Of a DNA stretch of 64,000 nucleotides, positions 36,398 through 50,017 are shown piece after piece. Both the position numbers and the translations under genes were made by a program. Within the stretch, counting starts at the first letter, position 1; each line of letters opens with the position of its first letter. The stretch is from Asterias rubens. Taxonomy: Eukaryota. The notes under the pieces are model-generated. The model searched no databases and was not told the DNA's origin. It saw only the letters and a list, made by a program, of their open reading frames with translations. The stretch covers positions 4,712,001 through 4,776,000 of the forward strand of contig NC_047080.1 of the NCBI RefSeq assembly GCF_902459465.1, in the 5' to 3' direction.

Positions 36398-38324
36398 CTG
36401 AAGATGATGAAACAGAAAAGTGTATTAATTCTTAGATTCTTGTGTTAAGAATATTGGTTTACATCACTGTAGAAATCAATTTGAGTATCATTCCAGTATC
36501 TTGTTATTAATGACAAAAGCAATAATGCAAACTAGTGCCCACATTAAAAATGGGCAACCTGCAGTTGTCATCCTATTGAAAAGATTCATATGTTCACTCA
36601 CATTTCTTGAACATTGAGGCTTATTTCTGTATGCCTTTGATTTTATTGGTCTTTAAAGTTCTCTTTGGTGAAATAGTACACACTTTGTTTTCAATTTGTT
36701 TCAAAACATCAAAACAAATTGCACCGACTTGTCCAGAACATAAAGTTGCACTCATTCACGAGACCTCTCACCATATATGGCCATGAAATAAACCTCTTAT
36801 GTAGAGCACACCTGTGATGTTCTTGTGCCTGTCAACCTGGTACAATTATCCAGTATTGAAGCCAAGGTTAAATCATTTTGAAGATTCAGAAGTCAATCTG
36901 TGCCCCTAGGCTTCATCGTGTTGATGGATCACTTTGACATCCAAACTATCCATCTGTCACCTTGGACAATGTTTTGATGGTTTGGCCATATTTTTGAATC
37001 CATTATAACTATAAGTTTTTCCCACTGATATTAGGATTCGCACCAGGATTTTTTGGGCAAAACTGTCCTGCATTCTGGACCAAATCTGGCCATAGCCAAT
37101 GAACTGAAACTAGGTCCCCAGAACGTTTTCTACATGGTGTTTTTCTTTGGTTTAAAAAGCCCTTACTGTACAATGAGAGGGCATTCTAAATTGTTATGAT
37201 TTTTTTTTTAATTTGATCTGAGATAAACAAATTTATTCATTTATGTTTCGAATCAACCACAGTTCCTGCAAATTGACCAATTATGCTAGCTTACGCAATA
37301 AAAACAAAATTCAAAAATAAAAATTTTAAATTTAAAAACGTTACTCAATCTAAGGCCCCCTAAATTGAGTATTTGCTTTGAGACAAGAAATAAACTACAT
37401 AAAAATCCCCCTTTAAATCTCTTAAAAACATTGACCCCTTGAGGTCATAGTCTGGTGTTAAGTTAATTGGACAGACAAAGAAAACAAAACAAAAAAACAT
37501 GTCACATGTTTATCGAGCCAATCAGAACAGGTCACAACCCAATTAGGATATTCCAATTAATCCAGCTTGTCTTCCCACTAATTGATCGTTAGTCCCTCTA
37601 ACCACCCCTTGTCCACTATCTCAGGAACTTCTTGCTGTTCACAAGACGTTCAAGCCGAGGAGAGTCTTCATTAGGCGTAGTTGTTTCCCCGAGCATGCAG
37701 AAACTATGCAGCTTTTACCAGATATTGGTAATTAGATTAAGAAGTTTATAACACAATGATGCATCATCTAGATTCACAATCCCCTTTATTTTTTATTTTT
37801 TAAATTCTGTTTTTAAAATGTGTTGTTCAATGTCTGCAGACAAAATTTAAAGAGGTGCAGAGTTTGAGCATGGTTGGAGCAACTGCTAGAATGTTTTGAC
37901 TTTTTATCAGATATCCACCAAAAATAAATCTTGCGACATGAGCTGAATGAAACCTTCCTATCAGCTGTTCGCTCTCAGACTTGGAGGAAGGGGGAGGGTC
38001 CCCCTGTACCCCCCCCCCACACACACACACTCTAATGTTGAATGATATGACTAATGGGGGTAAGGCCTACGTGTTGTTTGGACAGTCTGGTTTTACTACA
38101 GGTGTGTCAGGTAACATGGGGTAAGAGTTAATACAGAGGGTAAGAAAGTCTTCACTTGCAACCACTCCTCTCCCCTATTGAGGAATGGTATGACTCATTC
38201 TGACTGCCGGAGTTAATAAATTTCTGCTAAGCACACAAAACAAAACAGGAAACCAGAGGGTATGTGTGATTTGGTATTAATTTGGCTGTTTTATACCTCA
38301 GCCTGGTAAGCAATATTGTTTTTT

Positions 38325-38645
38325 AAGAGCACCGAATTTAAGCTCTGGTGATTCTGTTCAGCAGAGTGTGGGTTCGAATCCTGGTCGTGACACTTGGGTC
38401 CCTGAGCAAGACACTTAACTATAATTTTTTCTCTCCACCAAGGGGTAAATGGGTACCTGTGAGGGCAGAGTTGGTTCTTGTGATTGATTAACCTTGATTG
38501 CGCAACATATTTGGCAGGGAGCTGAGATGGTTTAAGGAATGATTTACATGTAAGGCCCAGTGACCAGGGGTAATAATGTTGAAGCGCCATGAGCGTCACT
38601 GCAAGACGGACCTGAGCGCTATAAAAGAAGCTCCACTATTATTCA
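38325..38645 (+). mobile_element. Same tRNA-Leu CORE-like SINE, 5' truncated
   Basis: Colinear with 49360-49712; a minus-strand partial copy lies at about 35630-35870. Confidence 0.8.
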
Positions 38646-39657
38646 TATTTTTATATTTTATTATTAATTTGCATTGCAGAAAAAGAATATTATTTGGTCT
38701 TACCATGGTTTTACCCTGACACCGATGGCTGTGTGTAAGCACTGAATCTCAGTACTTTAAGAGTTATGTGACAAAAATTACATGCATATTCACTCAGGTA
38801 ATTGTTTCGAGCTTAGCTACTTTTTGTGCCCGAGCAGCTCTATGAAATAAGACCCCGAGGGTCGACAACTTTTTATTGTCACTGTTCTTAAGTTCCCAAG
38901 CCCCCACAGAATCGGCAAATCTATTATTGATTTGGCTTGATGCTCCAGGGTTGGGTATCAATTTCAGATGATTTCATTATTTTCCAGTTCTAGAAATCAT
39001 CTAAACGAAAATAATGCTTGTCATATTTATAAGTTGTGATTTACCCATTAAAAACAGATTCATTTTCACCTTTTATGTGATTTATTTTCAGATTAGTGCC
39101 AGTTAACTTCATATGAATTTAATATTTGACATTATTTTGTCAAGTTCACTTTATAAACCTGTCGAATTTCTAAACATTTAAATAATTCTCATAGTTGCCC
39201 CTCAGCAAAGTTGGACAAAAAGGTCCTTAGATATTCGAACTGAAACTCTTGTTAAATATCCCTTGATTGATGTATCCCTATTGTCAGCAACTATCTTTTT
39301 CTTGATCCCTGTGTCCAGCAGTAATAATGAATAATGATAATTTTTCTACCCCAAAGGGCACTTAAATATTTGGGCAGGCCTGGAATATGTATTAAGGTTT
39401 GAAAGGGCAAGGCCATTTCCATTTTGCAAAGAGAATTTCCAGTGTATTGGAATGCCTTGAAACGGCAACAAGGCAAAGACCAGGGCAACATATGCCATTG
39501 TCGCGGTGCATTTTTAGTCACATTACAGGCTGCTACATTCTTTGAATAAAAACCTTTTTACCTTAACTTTTTCATAAGAATACTTCGCTGTACCCAGTTA
39601 TATACACTGCTTATTAACCACTGACTTCAGCGCATACGGCATCGGATTCTATAGGCC

Positions 39658-39798
39658 TAGCCCACCTTGTTGAGATGTTAATGGCTCCGCTTTTAACATC
39701 GGTCTCATCACTGTCGCCATTACAATAACATTGTAATGGCGACAGTGATGAGAGCGATGTTAAAAGCGGAGCCATTAACAGCTCAACAAGGTGGGCTA
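39658..39798. repeat. Near-perfect palindrome: 69-bp arms, 2 mismatches, 3-nt loop
   Basis: tagcccaccttgttgag...ccattacaat-aac-attgtaatgg...ctcaacaaggtgggcta. Confidence 0.92.
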
Positions 39799-40680
39799 CT
39801 ATAGACCCTACCTAAGCAAAGAATTCTGCGGTTGGCAAGACTGGGATCTATCCTCAATCTGTACAGATAAATCTGATAAATGCTGGCTCAATTTATGACA
39901 CTAATTACCACTGAATTCTGCGCTTACAACGCCCGCAGGATTCTATGGGCGCTAGGAGTAGAATTCCGTGCTAAGCGGCGCCAGGAAATTAGGCCATAAT
40001 CTGTACAGACGAATCTGCTGAATTATTTGAATTCAGCGGTCAGCATCGCAATGACATTACATTCTAAGCACACATATTGTCAGGGGTATGACAGGGGAAT
40101 GACCTGAGAAGAAAGGCGATAAAGGAAACCTGTTCTACTTCTCCGACTTGACCAGGTGTATCTTTTCACACATGGGTTAAGAATGTAAACCTCAATTCTT
40201 CTGGGACACTTGATGTAGTTTTTTTCTTGTTAGACTGAATTCAAGCTTACTGAATTATGGAATTCAAACCCTCCAAGTGGGGCAGGATCACAGAAATAAG
40301 GCCAGCAATTTTCCGTTTCAGCAAAATGCAAACCTTACTCATCCTCAGAGACCAACAGGCCTGGGAATTACCATGGCCTCAATTGCCCTGGTATTGGCCT
40401 TGGTGCCCCTTCAAATGTTACCCAAACGTAATGTGCCCTGCCTTCTGCAATATGAAAGTCCACGCCTGAGCAGAACCACTCTTTTTATATTGGTGGTACT
40501 AATGAGAAATTAATAAACAGTCTAACACCTTATTTCCAAAATAAGATGACAGACTTTTTAAATTGAAAAGACCTGAATATCTGCCAATTGGAGAAAAACC
40601 TATATATTCAGGGAGTTCAACAAAATGCATACAATTTGAAGGAGCTTAATTTTGACCTATTTCTCAGAGTGAAATTTGAA

Positions 40681-40906
40681 TCTTCAGCAGATTCTAGAGC
40701 TCTAGTTTGGAGGCATTTTTCAAGTGTGTGTTACACTACAAAGCAAGCCGTAGCTTAAAAGTAAACATGTTCAAAGGTTTGTAACTCTGTAATAAGGTCT
40801 GTTGGGAATTAACATAGTGTTAGTGTCGGTGTACTGTGAACCTTCCATATCATCAACTAATTGGTCATTTTCAGTGCAGATTGGATACGCTAGAATCTGC
40901 TGAAGA
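40681..40906. mobile_element. Small MITE with 17-bp perfect TIR
   Basis: tcttcagcagattctag ... ctagaatctgctgaaga. Confidence 0.6.
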
Positions 40907-41032
40907 GTGTGTGAAACCCTTCTATATTTGGTCTTTTTTTGTCAGTTTTTAAAATTTGTTTTAATGCACCAGGACAACAATTGCAAAAGTCAAAGGGGGA
41001 CCCATGTTGTACCCAACGTGATACATTACAAT

Positions 41033-41205
41033 AACAAACCTATGCAAGTTTAATCTCAATCAGACATCAGAGTCAAACTAAAAGGTTTTAACAAACCTAT
41101 GAAAGTTTAATCTCAATCAGACATCAGAGTCAAACGAAAAGGTTTTAACAAACCTATGAAAGTTTAATCTCAATCAGACAACAGAGTCAAAAGAAAAAGT
41201 TATAA
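41033..41205. repeat. Tandem 3 x 57 bp derived from the Kolobok MITE subterminal block
   Basis: aacaaacctatgaaagtttaatctcaatcagacatcagagtc at 41033, 41090, 41147; compare MITE aacaaacctgtgaaagtttgagctcaatcggtcatc. Confidence 0.8.
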
Positions 41206-41989
41206 CACATGATAATTTTTCACTTTTTTTTATTGTTATTTTTATTTAATAATATTGCTTTTGGACAAGATCTCACTTCTCAAAAACTGTAGCATTTCAG
41301 GCAACATTGTTTTGGACTCCATGTAGGGTATAGGCTAGGGTTAGGGTTAAGGAAAATTAAAAAATTTCTAGGATGGCCCTAACAAATTTAGATTGAGGTT
41401 TATTTACAATTTATAAATTGAATTGTATTTACCACATTACAAAAACCTGTAATATTGTGCAATTTTGCCACCATCTGTCATTCGTCTCACCAAAAAATGA
41501 CTAGGAATTCCCGAGATAATAGGCACTTTCCGACTGTTTTGTTCAACGAACACTGATCAGGAAATTTAATCTTGCCACTGGGTCAATGTCTGGGGGCTAT
41601 AGTCTGGTCTGGCAGCTTCTACTGGGGTTTGTTTCAATCATTGTCATGGGAACACGATGATGAAGTCACGTAATAATGTTACAACTGGTATTGTTTGAGA
41701 GAGTTACTGGGAAAAGTATCTCTTGCTTGACACCACTAAAACTAAAAGCAACTTGATGTCTTAGAGAGCCTCTTTAGATTCAAGTGTTAAATAGTCCATT
41801 GTGCGGGGAAATTGTGTCTTACTAAAGATAAGACACCTACAAATGAAACAATCCATTAGTGTGTTTCTTTGAAAAGAGATATAAAACACATTTCTTTTAT
41901 CAATATTTGTTTTCAACAATTTAATTATTAAGTTGAAATTGTTATTAAAAGTCAATTGAACTTAAAGGAAAATATAAGAAAAACTAATA

Positions 41990-42222
41990 AAATAACAGTG
42001 TGTGCTTCAGATGCTTGATTTCGAGACCTCAAATTCTAAATCTGAGGTCTCGAAATCAAATTCGTGGAAAATTACTTCTTTTTTCAAAAATTACGTTACT
42101 TCAGAGGGAGCCGTTTCTCACAATGTTTAAACTATCAACCTCTCCCCCAATACTCGATACTAAGTAAGGTTTTATGCTGATAATTATTTTGAGTAATAAC
42201 CAATAGTGTCCACTGCCTTTAA
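41990..42222 (+). mobile_element. Kolobok-like MITE family A, 3' part
   Basis: gtgtgcttcagatgcttgatttcgagacc ... gtgtccactgcctttaa. Confidence 0.8.
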
Positions 42223-43884
42223 ACCAATGGGAGTTAAAACAATGTTAGTTTAAGTAATGTAATTGGCTAATTTGTACCAGGGTGTTGTTTTGTTTTTGAG
42301 GTCGACAATCCTGTACCTCCAGCATGATTTGGGTGTAACCTTTACGGATAATTCATTTAAACAGGGAGATATATACCTAAAGACAAAATATTGTTTTAAA
42401 CTTAGGGTCTTACATTGGTTATGGCCCCAGAAAGCTTATTTACAGATGGTAACAGTAGTAAGCATCCAGCAAAATTATCTTGTCTAAAGCCAATAAGTGA
42501 CAAATACTTCAAAGCTTTCGGAAAGTTCTATCACAATGTTAGCCACAAGTAAAGGCTACACCTCCCTTTAAAGCATGCGTAATGCGTGTATGTCAGCTGC
42601 ATGATCCATCTCAATTCATCTTATTTACCACACATGTTAAGATCCCTCTTACACTTGAGCATTAAAAGCTTACACATAAAGACCTGCCAGTCTCCGGTAA
42701 GCCAATAACAAATTCAGAGACACTTGTCACAACCGAAGAAACAACAACAATAAGACTTGGCTCATCTTTCTAGTAATATCATTAGAACATCTGTCAGGAA
42801 TTCAACACTGAGAAGAGGATTAGTGGTCTACTTCAACAGCTGTAAAAATAGACTGGGAGGGACAGACGTATGGGACTTGGAGCAGCATGGAGTAAGGTTT
42901 GGGGACCCCCCTTTCTCTATGGGGCCCCCCTACACCAGTTCCAAACCCCATAGGGTGAGGGAAAGGGAGACAGTTTAAGGGGTTTTAAAGGTCTACTCTG
43001 CGACTCAAAAAACATCTGTGGAGAGAGTCATTTCCAGAGTTGACTTCATTCAGACTATTGTAAAAAAAAAAAAAAAAAAATAGAGTAGAGGGTTACAGAT
43101 AGACAAATGGGGGGGGGGGGGGGGGGCGTGGGGGGGGGCCTTCCCATACCCAGCCCTGTAAGGGGAAGGGAAGGGGGCAGTTGAGGGTTGCAAATACTGA
43201 GTGCAGGAGTGAGGGGAACGCATTAGTTCGGAGTGGGGGAAGGTTTTAAGAATACTGATGTTTCAATTTAGAGGTATTTTCTTCAGACATAGGTTTGCAG
43301 TGCGGACGGAAAAGTTGTATCAGATTAAAAATAATCAGATTTTCTTTCAAAAGAATTGTAACGGAGTAGAAGGTTAAAGCACATAGCAGCTTGTGGACAG
43401 TCACACCAAGGCAGGAATGAAAAAGAAAAGGGGTCGGTTTCAGGTTTTCAACTTGTACGTATAGGCCTACACATCCGCTCCGACAAACATTTACAAAAAT
43501 AACTCCTGGGACTACGGAGGGGAGGGGGGGCATTTGAATAAATCATTAGGCATATCCTGTGTTGTTGTATTTGTATAGCGTGTGAAGACTCGTTCCCTCA
43601 ACGCATTGGGGTAAATTAAGATAATCAGACAAGGCTGTCGTCTCTCTTTCTGGCTACAGAGAGACAGAAGTTGTTTAAGTTTTAATGAAAACCAACACGG
43701 AAGATGCTTTTGACATGAGAAAGGTGATGATTAAATCACCAAAAGCCTGCAGAAATAGAATTGTAGAATTCAATAGTATCAATTTATTCAATCAGTGTTG
43801 ACAGTTTTGTTGTGAGAGCGGAAGTATGCTGGTTGCGTGGCCTCTTTTTATGTCTCAAGGGCAGAAACTGACTCTTTGAGATCG

Positions 43885-44420
43885 AGAAAAAGGTGTCTTG
43901 ACTTTTGTCAATGTAGAAAAGAAAGTTTGAACAAAAGGTGTTTTGACTTTTGTCAAAGAAATGAAAGTGTCTTGAGTTTTGTGAAAGAAGTAAAAGTGTC
44001 TTGACTTCTGTCAAAGTAGAAAAGAAAGTTTGACGATAAATTATCTTGACTTTTGTCACAGAAGAAAATGTGTCTTGACTCTTGCCAAAGAAGTAAATGT
44101 GTCATGACTTTTGTCAAAGAAGTAAAAGCATCTTGACTTTTGTCAAAGAAGAAGAGAAAGTTTAAAGAAAAAGTGTCTTTACTTTTGTCAAAGAAGGAAA
44201 GAAAGTTTGATAAAAAAAGTGTCTTGACTTTTGTCAAAGAAGTAAAGTGTCTTGACTTTTGTCAAAGAAGTAAAAGAGTGTTTTGACTCATGTCAAAGAA
44301 GAAGAAAAGAAAGTTTGATGAAAAAGTGTCTTTACTTTTGTCATAGGAGAAACAGTGTGCTTACATTTTTCAAAGAAGGAAAGAAAGTTTGATGAAAAAG
44401 TGCTTGACTTTTGTCAAAGG
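43885..44420. repeat. Diverged minisatellite (gtgtcttgacttttgtcaaagaag, about 25-40 bp)
   Basis: About 15 visible repeats of the core. Confidence 0.88.
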
Positions 44421-46059
44421 AGAAAAGGCTTCTCGACATCTGTCTAGGAAGAAAGGGAAGTTTGAAGTGCCGCAATAGAATTTGTGATTGATGAAGTGGT
44501 CACCATTAAAATTATTTTCAATACCCACTCCATAATTTCTGCTTATGGCTCGGGTTATTGTTATATCAGATGTTATTCAGTTTACCACATTCCAGTCTGT
44601 CTGAAGTGGAGGTACCAGGCCTAGCAAGGGACCAAAGTGCTCAAAGTTCGGTAATTTGTACTCAAATGTGTCTGATTTTCAATTAGACTAACCTGAGTCA
44701 CAAACATTGGTTTTGTTTTGGGGGTCTCCCTCAAGGGAACTTCGGGATAATATCTTGGAAAGTTTTCGAAATGCCTCTGAGATTTGCCATTCGCACTTTT
44801 TAAGATGAAATGCATGCTGGCTCGTTGAACAAAACATTGCAAATTGATTACCATCATCAGCATCAACATTTCATTTCACTTCAACAGTCAACTTGTTGTA
44901 TCAAATAAGTGATACTTTATACATAATTTGAAAATTTAACATCTATTACACCATTTTAACAAGAAATAGAAATTTGCAAATGGAGATGTGAAATGGAGAT
45001 TTGCAATTTTTTCCTGTCATTCATGAGAACTCAATCTATTGAAAACTAAGTGCACCACAAAACTCAATTTGACCTTGAAGCCCCTCCCTAAATATCACAC
45101 CAGGCACACCACAACCATCTTCAAAGTTTCCAAAACTCAAATCAATATTTTTAAGTTTCTTTCACAACTTTAAAACTAGGTGCGTGGTCCAAGAAATGAG
45201 GGGATTTGAGAGAGCACAGGGTGAAGCTTTGGAATTGAGTCCAATTTTGCCTCAAGCAAAATCAAACCCACTTGTTTTGAGAAACCTTTACAAATTTGTT
45301 CCTTATTATGTTCAAAATTGGGGTCTACAAGGTGATGTTTTGATCTCCATAAAGAGGCAGCGGTAAAGGAAACAAGCTCACATCTTAATCAATCTTTAAT
45401 TGACTTTTCAGGAACTTCTTTACATCTGAAAGGGGAGTTGTACCCCAGGGGGGCTGGTGGGGGGAAATGGCCAATCCCCATGTCCTGATTCCAGTAATTG
45501 AATTAAATAGAAACAAAACAGACATACGTTGATGACTGAGTAAAATAAGAGGAATTCCTTCACATTGATTCGTGTCTGGACAAATTGTACCCAAGTTATT
45601 AAATGATTACAAAACAAATACTGGAAACTACTGGCTTTCTGGGCTTCAAATATTGTGGGGGTTTTTTCCTGTTACAATTTGTTGTTTTCTTTTCCTTTTT
45701 GAGCAAGAACTGGGCAAAATGTTTGTTAAAAAATAATCTCGGTAGTCAATTTAAAACAAAAATAGAATGACACATTCATATCTGACATCAATTTTAATCT
45801 TTGGTTAGACAAGTAAGACAATGAAAGTTTTGAGGGAAGGGAAACTATAACCACGGGAATTAGAGATTCCTTGTGATACTTAGTAATAGGAAACCTTGAT
45901 AGGTTTGTAATTGGGATTTATAGTGTGCAACACTCCACATAATAGCACTGTCTGGTTTGTATTAAAATAAGACACAAGCACAGGCTGTTCTTATTTCATG
46001 TCTTTTGTTTGAAATTGAAGAAGGAAGGAGTGTGGAATTAAGGAGAAATTCTTGTGTTC

Positions 46060-46870
46060 TGGTTTCAGTTTAAAGATTTACATTTAAGACAGAGGCTTCG
46101 AGGATGTTCTGGTTTTAGTTTAAAGATTTACAAAGAAACTGTGGGGTAAAAACTGACGTGACTGACAAGTCTGACAAGTTAATATTTCTGCGTATTTCAG
46201 ATTTAGGTTGCATTTTAAAGGACACATTTAAAGGCAGTGGACACAATTGGTTATTACTCAAAATAATTGTAGCATAAAACCTTACATTGTAACGAGTAAT
46301 GGGGAGAGTTTGATAGTATAAAAACATTGTGAGAAACGGCTCCCTCTGAAGTAACAAAGTTTTTGAGAAAGAAGTAATTTTTCATTATTTTGATTTCAAG
46401 ACCTCGGATTTAGAATTTGATGTGTCGAAATCAAGCATCTGAAAGAACACATTTCGTGTGACAAGGGTGTGTTTTCTTTCATTATTATCCTGCAACTTTG
46501 ACGACTGATTGAGCTCAAATTTTCACAGGTTTGTTATTTTATGTACATGTTGAGATACACCAAGTGAGAAGACTGGTCTTTGACAATTACCAATAGTGTC
46601 CAGTGTCTTTAAGACTGGTTGATGGGTTCATCACTGACATGACTGAAAACTTAATTTCTCTGACAGATTTCAGAATTATGCTACATAAGGGAAAGATTGA
46701 AAGAAATTTGCATTTCATTTTAAAGATTTACATTTAAGACAGAGACTTTGTGGATGTTCTGGTTTTAGTTTAAAGATTTACAAAGACACAGACTATGTGG
46801 TAAAGACTGACAGATGGTTTCATCACTGACGTGACTGACAAGTCTGACAAGTTAACTTCTCTGACAGACT
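46060..46870. repeat. Local duplication (about 46060-46190 versus 46720-46860) bracketing a MITE
   Basis: taaagatttacatttaagacagag...gatgttctggttttagtttaaagatttacaaaga...actgacgtgactgacaagtctgacaagtta occurs twice. Confidence 0.75.
46228..46612 (-). mobile_element. Kolobok-like MITE family A, complete, inverted
   Basis: TTAA-flanked, both TIRs present. Confidence 0.88.
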
Positions 46871-47060
46871 GGGGTCACAATCACATATTAGGAAAGATTA
46901 AACATGCCATCAAATTGAATTTGGCTTCCAATTATGACAATTGATGTCTAGTTTCCTGACACCAATAAAATGTAACCATTAAACAAAGTCAGTTTCTGAT
47001 ATGGGCAAGTTAAGCTCCAGGCTAAGTCATGGGATGGGAGCAGACTATCAAAGTGTAACC

Positions 47061-47233
47061 CAGGCCTGGAATTTTATCCAGAGCCTAATGGCATGGCCTC
47101 TGTTGGACTGGTCTTGGCCTTGGTGCCCCTTCAACAGTTTCCCATCAACAAGTTTAAGATTTTCAAATAGAAGCACCCTTTGCAAAATGTGGCCTTGCCT
47201 CTGTCATGTCATAGATGAAATTCTAAGCCTGGT
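47061..47233. mobile_element. hAT-like MITE family (CAGGCCTG termini); related pieces at about 15680-15790, 16260-16375, 34620-34770, 35890-36060, 39375-39500, 40355-40470, 56030-56165
   Basis: caggcctggaatt ... aaattctaagcctg with the shared gttgccctggtcttggccttggtgccccttc core; CAGG..CCTG ends are hAT-like (inference). Confidence 0.65.
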
Positions 47234-48398
47234 AATCCCCTTTAAACTGTTTTTAATCACATCTCATTTGCAATCAAGGTAAAAGTGTTTTACCTTTTGT
47301 TAGGCTAAGTAAGTTGTCAGTCCCATGGTCATCTAGGGTGCTATCACTTTCAGATAATTATAGCTAATTTTGCTAAGCAAACTGTGGAGGGTTGGTGAGC
47401 AAACAAATTTTCAGGGATGTTATCTGGAACCCTGTCCCATGACAATTGAGAAGGAACAAGATAACCAGCTGGGGACCAGCTGAATGGCTAGCCAGAGGAT
47501 GAACCAATCAATCAAAGAGTAAGTTATAAGAGAAAGGACATCCAACCACTTCCAAGACGAGAGTATCTAGCCCACAGGGAAGGAACCTGTCTGACCACTG
47601 ACCACTGGACAGAGACACTACAAGGACATAAGGAGTGACCATGAGAGACTGGATAACCTGTTAGGTAAGTAGAGACATCTGGAGTTCTGGCAACCTCTTG
47701 ACCAACACCTGATGGGTAAAATCATAGAGTAAGGACAGACCTTACTCTATGGTAAAATGTACTTTTTTTTTTTGCTGAACCGAAAGGGTCCAATGGCTTT
47801 GACTGCATTTGTCCCACAACGTAAAAATATAACAAAGATGGGGAGGTCGGACATTTGTAAAAAAAATGTTTCTACCTTGAATGCCGGCAATACTAAAAGA
47901 CGGAATATGACTTTCTTCAAAGTCTCAAAGGCCCTAAAGAATTTCTTTGTGTACAATTATTCAGGCCGCCTTCCCTACTATCATTGAAGGTATTCATGCT
48001 AACCCATGCGTGAAGTTATTACACTACTTGTTGCGGGGACCTTCGTGTGGCCCCGCAAAACTTGCCATGGCATTTACCACCGCTCGCGTGGACCCCCTTC
48101 CGTCCCCGCAAAATCCCCGCGGGGGTGCGGGGGGGGGGGGGGTCCCCGTACCTGCCATGCAATTTACTCGCGGGTACCCGTTCCGTACTCGCTGAGGTTT
48201 GGAATTACTTACAGCTGGTACTGTACCATGTCCAAAAAAAAAATTGATCTTGGTGTCTTGCTCATTTCTGCTATAAAGCAGGAAATTCTAAAGCAACATT
48301 TTCTGAAAACACTATTTTATTAATCAAAATCTTCTAAAAACTCTTCACAAAATAAAACCTGCACACATGCCACCCGGTGCATTTTCATAAAGCTGATC

Positions 48399-48734
48399 TT
48401 TAAAGACACCGGACACTGTTGGTAAATGTCAAAGACTAGTCTTCTCACTAGGTGTATCCCAAAATATGCGGAGTTGCGAGATAACTATGAAAAAAAAAAC
48501 CACTAAGATGTGTGCTTTCAGATGCTTGATTTCGAGACCTCAAATTCTAAACTTGAGGTCTCGAAATCAAATTCGTGGAAAATTACTTCTTTCTCAAAAA
48601 CTTCATCACTTCAGAGGGAGTCGTTTCTCACAATGTTTTATACCATCAACCTCTCCCCATTACTCGATACCAAGTAAGGTTTTATGCTAATAATTATTCT
48701 GAGTAATTACCAATTTAGTGTCCACTGCCTTTAA
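48399..48734 (+). mobile_element. Kolobok-like MITE family A with internal deletion
   Basis: Both TTAA termini; lacks the acaaacctgtgaaaatttgagctc block. Confidence 0.83.
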
Positions 48735-49039
48735 AGCAGAAATAATAAAAGTTTTGTTAATAAAAAATTACCAGTAGTTTATCATTTTTACTTCTTGTTT
48801 AATACAGTCTTCTTTAACATCCCAACACTATTTCACTACAAATTAATTGAATCATGAGAAGATTCAGTCTTAATAAAGAACTTCCTCGCTCTTGTGGGAA
48901 TTAACAAGGACGTTGATGTAAATAGCACGCAAAGAAGTTGAAAGAAGAGTAATCTTAACCCACATCTCACTGTGGTGATTCAGTACTAAGCCTTGGGACA
49001 GGCGTCTTACAATCATTGCAGCATTCTCTCCATGTTAAC

Positions 49040-49290
49040 CTGGGCCCAATTTCATAGAGCTGCTTAAGCACAAAATTTTGCTTAAGCAAAAAATTCATTG
49101 CTTATTAAAATCAGATTACCGGCCAAGACTCCACTCAATTGTTAAATGCTAAGTAAACAACAGCTAAATACTAGTCATAAGCAATGTATATGGCATGACA
49201 TTTTGGCCAGTAACATGTGTAAAATAAGCGAGCTATTTTCGTGCTTAAGCAAATCTTTTGCTTAAGCAGCTCTATGAAATTGGCCCCCTG
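49040..49290. mobile_element. GGGCCCAATTTCATAGAGC MITE copy
   Basis: ctgggcccaatttcatagagctgcttaagc ... gcttaagcagctctatgaaattggccccctg. Confidence 0.82.
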
Positions 49291-49359
49291 TAGTCCGCTG
49301 GCAAAATGCCACTTGAAACACCCGAGGACCAGTCAGAATTCTCTCCAAGTGGTCCTGTC

Positions 49360-49712
49360 GGTACCGTGGCAGAGTGGATAAGAGCACCAAACTCAAGCTC
49401 TGATGCTTCTGTTCAGCAGAGTGTGGGTTCGAATCCCGGTCGTGACACTTGAGTAAGACACTTAACTATTACTGCTTCTCTCCACCCAGGGGTAAATGGG
49501 TACTTGTGAGGGCAGAGATGGTTCTTGTGATTGGTTTAGCCGAGTAGCGCATATTGTCACACAGGCTGTATACTCCCCAGGGAGTTGAGATTGTTTAAGG
49601 AATGATTTAAGGCCCAGTGACCAGGGGTAATAATGTCGGAAGCGTTTTGAGACACCCCTCGGACGTGAAAAGCGCTATATAAAAACAGGTTATTATTATT
49701 ATTATTAATAAT
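49360..49712 (+). mobile_element. tRNA-Leu(CAA)-derived SINE with CORE-like body and L2-type tail, full length
   Basis: Head gtggcagagtggataagagcaccaaactcaagctctg...gtgggttcgaatccc (A and B boxes, long variable arm); gagtaagacacttaac...caggggtaaatgggta; tail aagcgctatataa...(tta)n. Confidence 0.82.
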
Positions 49713-49971
49713 ATTTTGTTTAGGGCAAACCGTGAATTGCACTTGAGAATCAAGCAATTAAAGAAAAGAGCTGTTTTGGTGACAGAAACTTATGAGCGTA
49801 ACAACAAACACATAGGATCTGTTGGTAATCATTCACAAACTCATGGATAAATAAATCAGCACCATTAAGGTACATCAACATTTGACCATGGGTCCCAACT
49901 GGATAGGGCCTTCTGATAACAACCAAGTAAAAAGAGATTTGGATTAAGAAAAAAACAAAAACACACTTCTC

Positions 49972-50017
49972 TACTGAAGCGGAGCAGAGTAGGCTATACT
50001 GTTCGAAACGTTGAGAC
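49972..50017 (+). ncRNA. Degenerate minimal hammerhead-like motif
   Basis: tctcta-CTGAAGC-g-gagcag-agtaggctata-ctgttc-GAAAC-GTT-gaga; A9 changed to C; downstream ttttcagagcc..catggttgtt resembles the 18-kb and 53-kb elements. Confidence 0.55.

Noticed and set aside
43784-44237. Two 91-94 aa minus-strand ORFs
   Set aside because: Translations of the tgacttttgtcaaagaag minisatellite.
47340-47750. Possible LINE C-terminal relic
   Set aside because: Only vague resemblance; no motif could be aligned with confidence.
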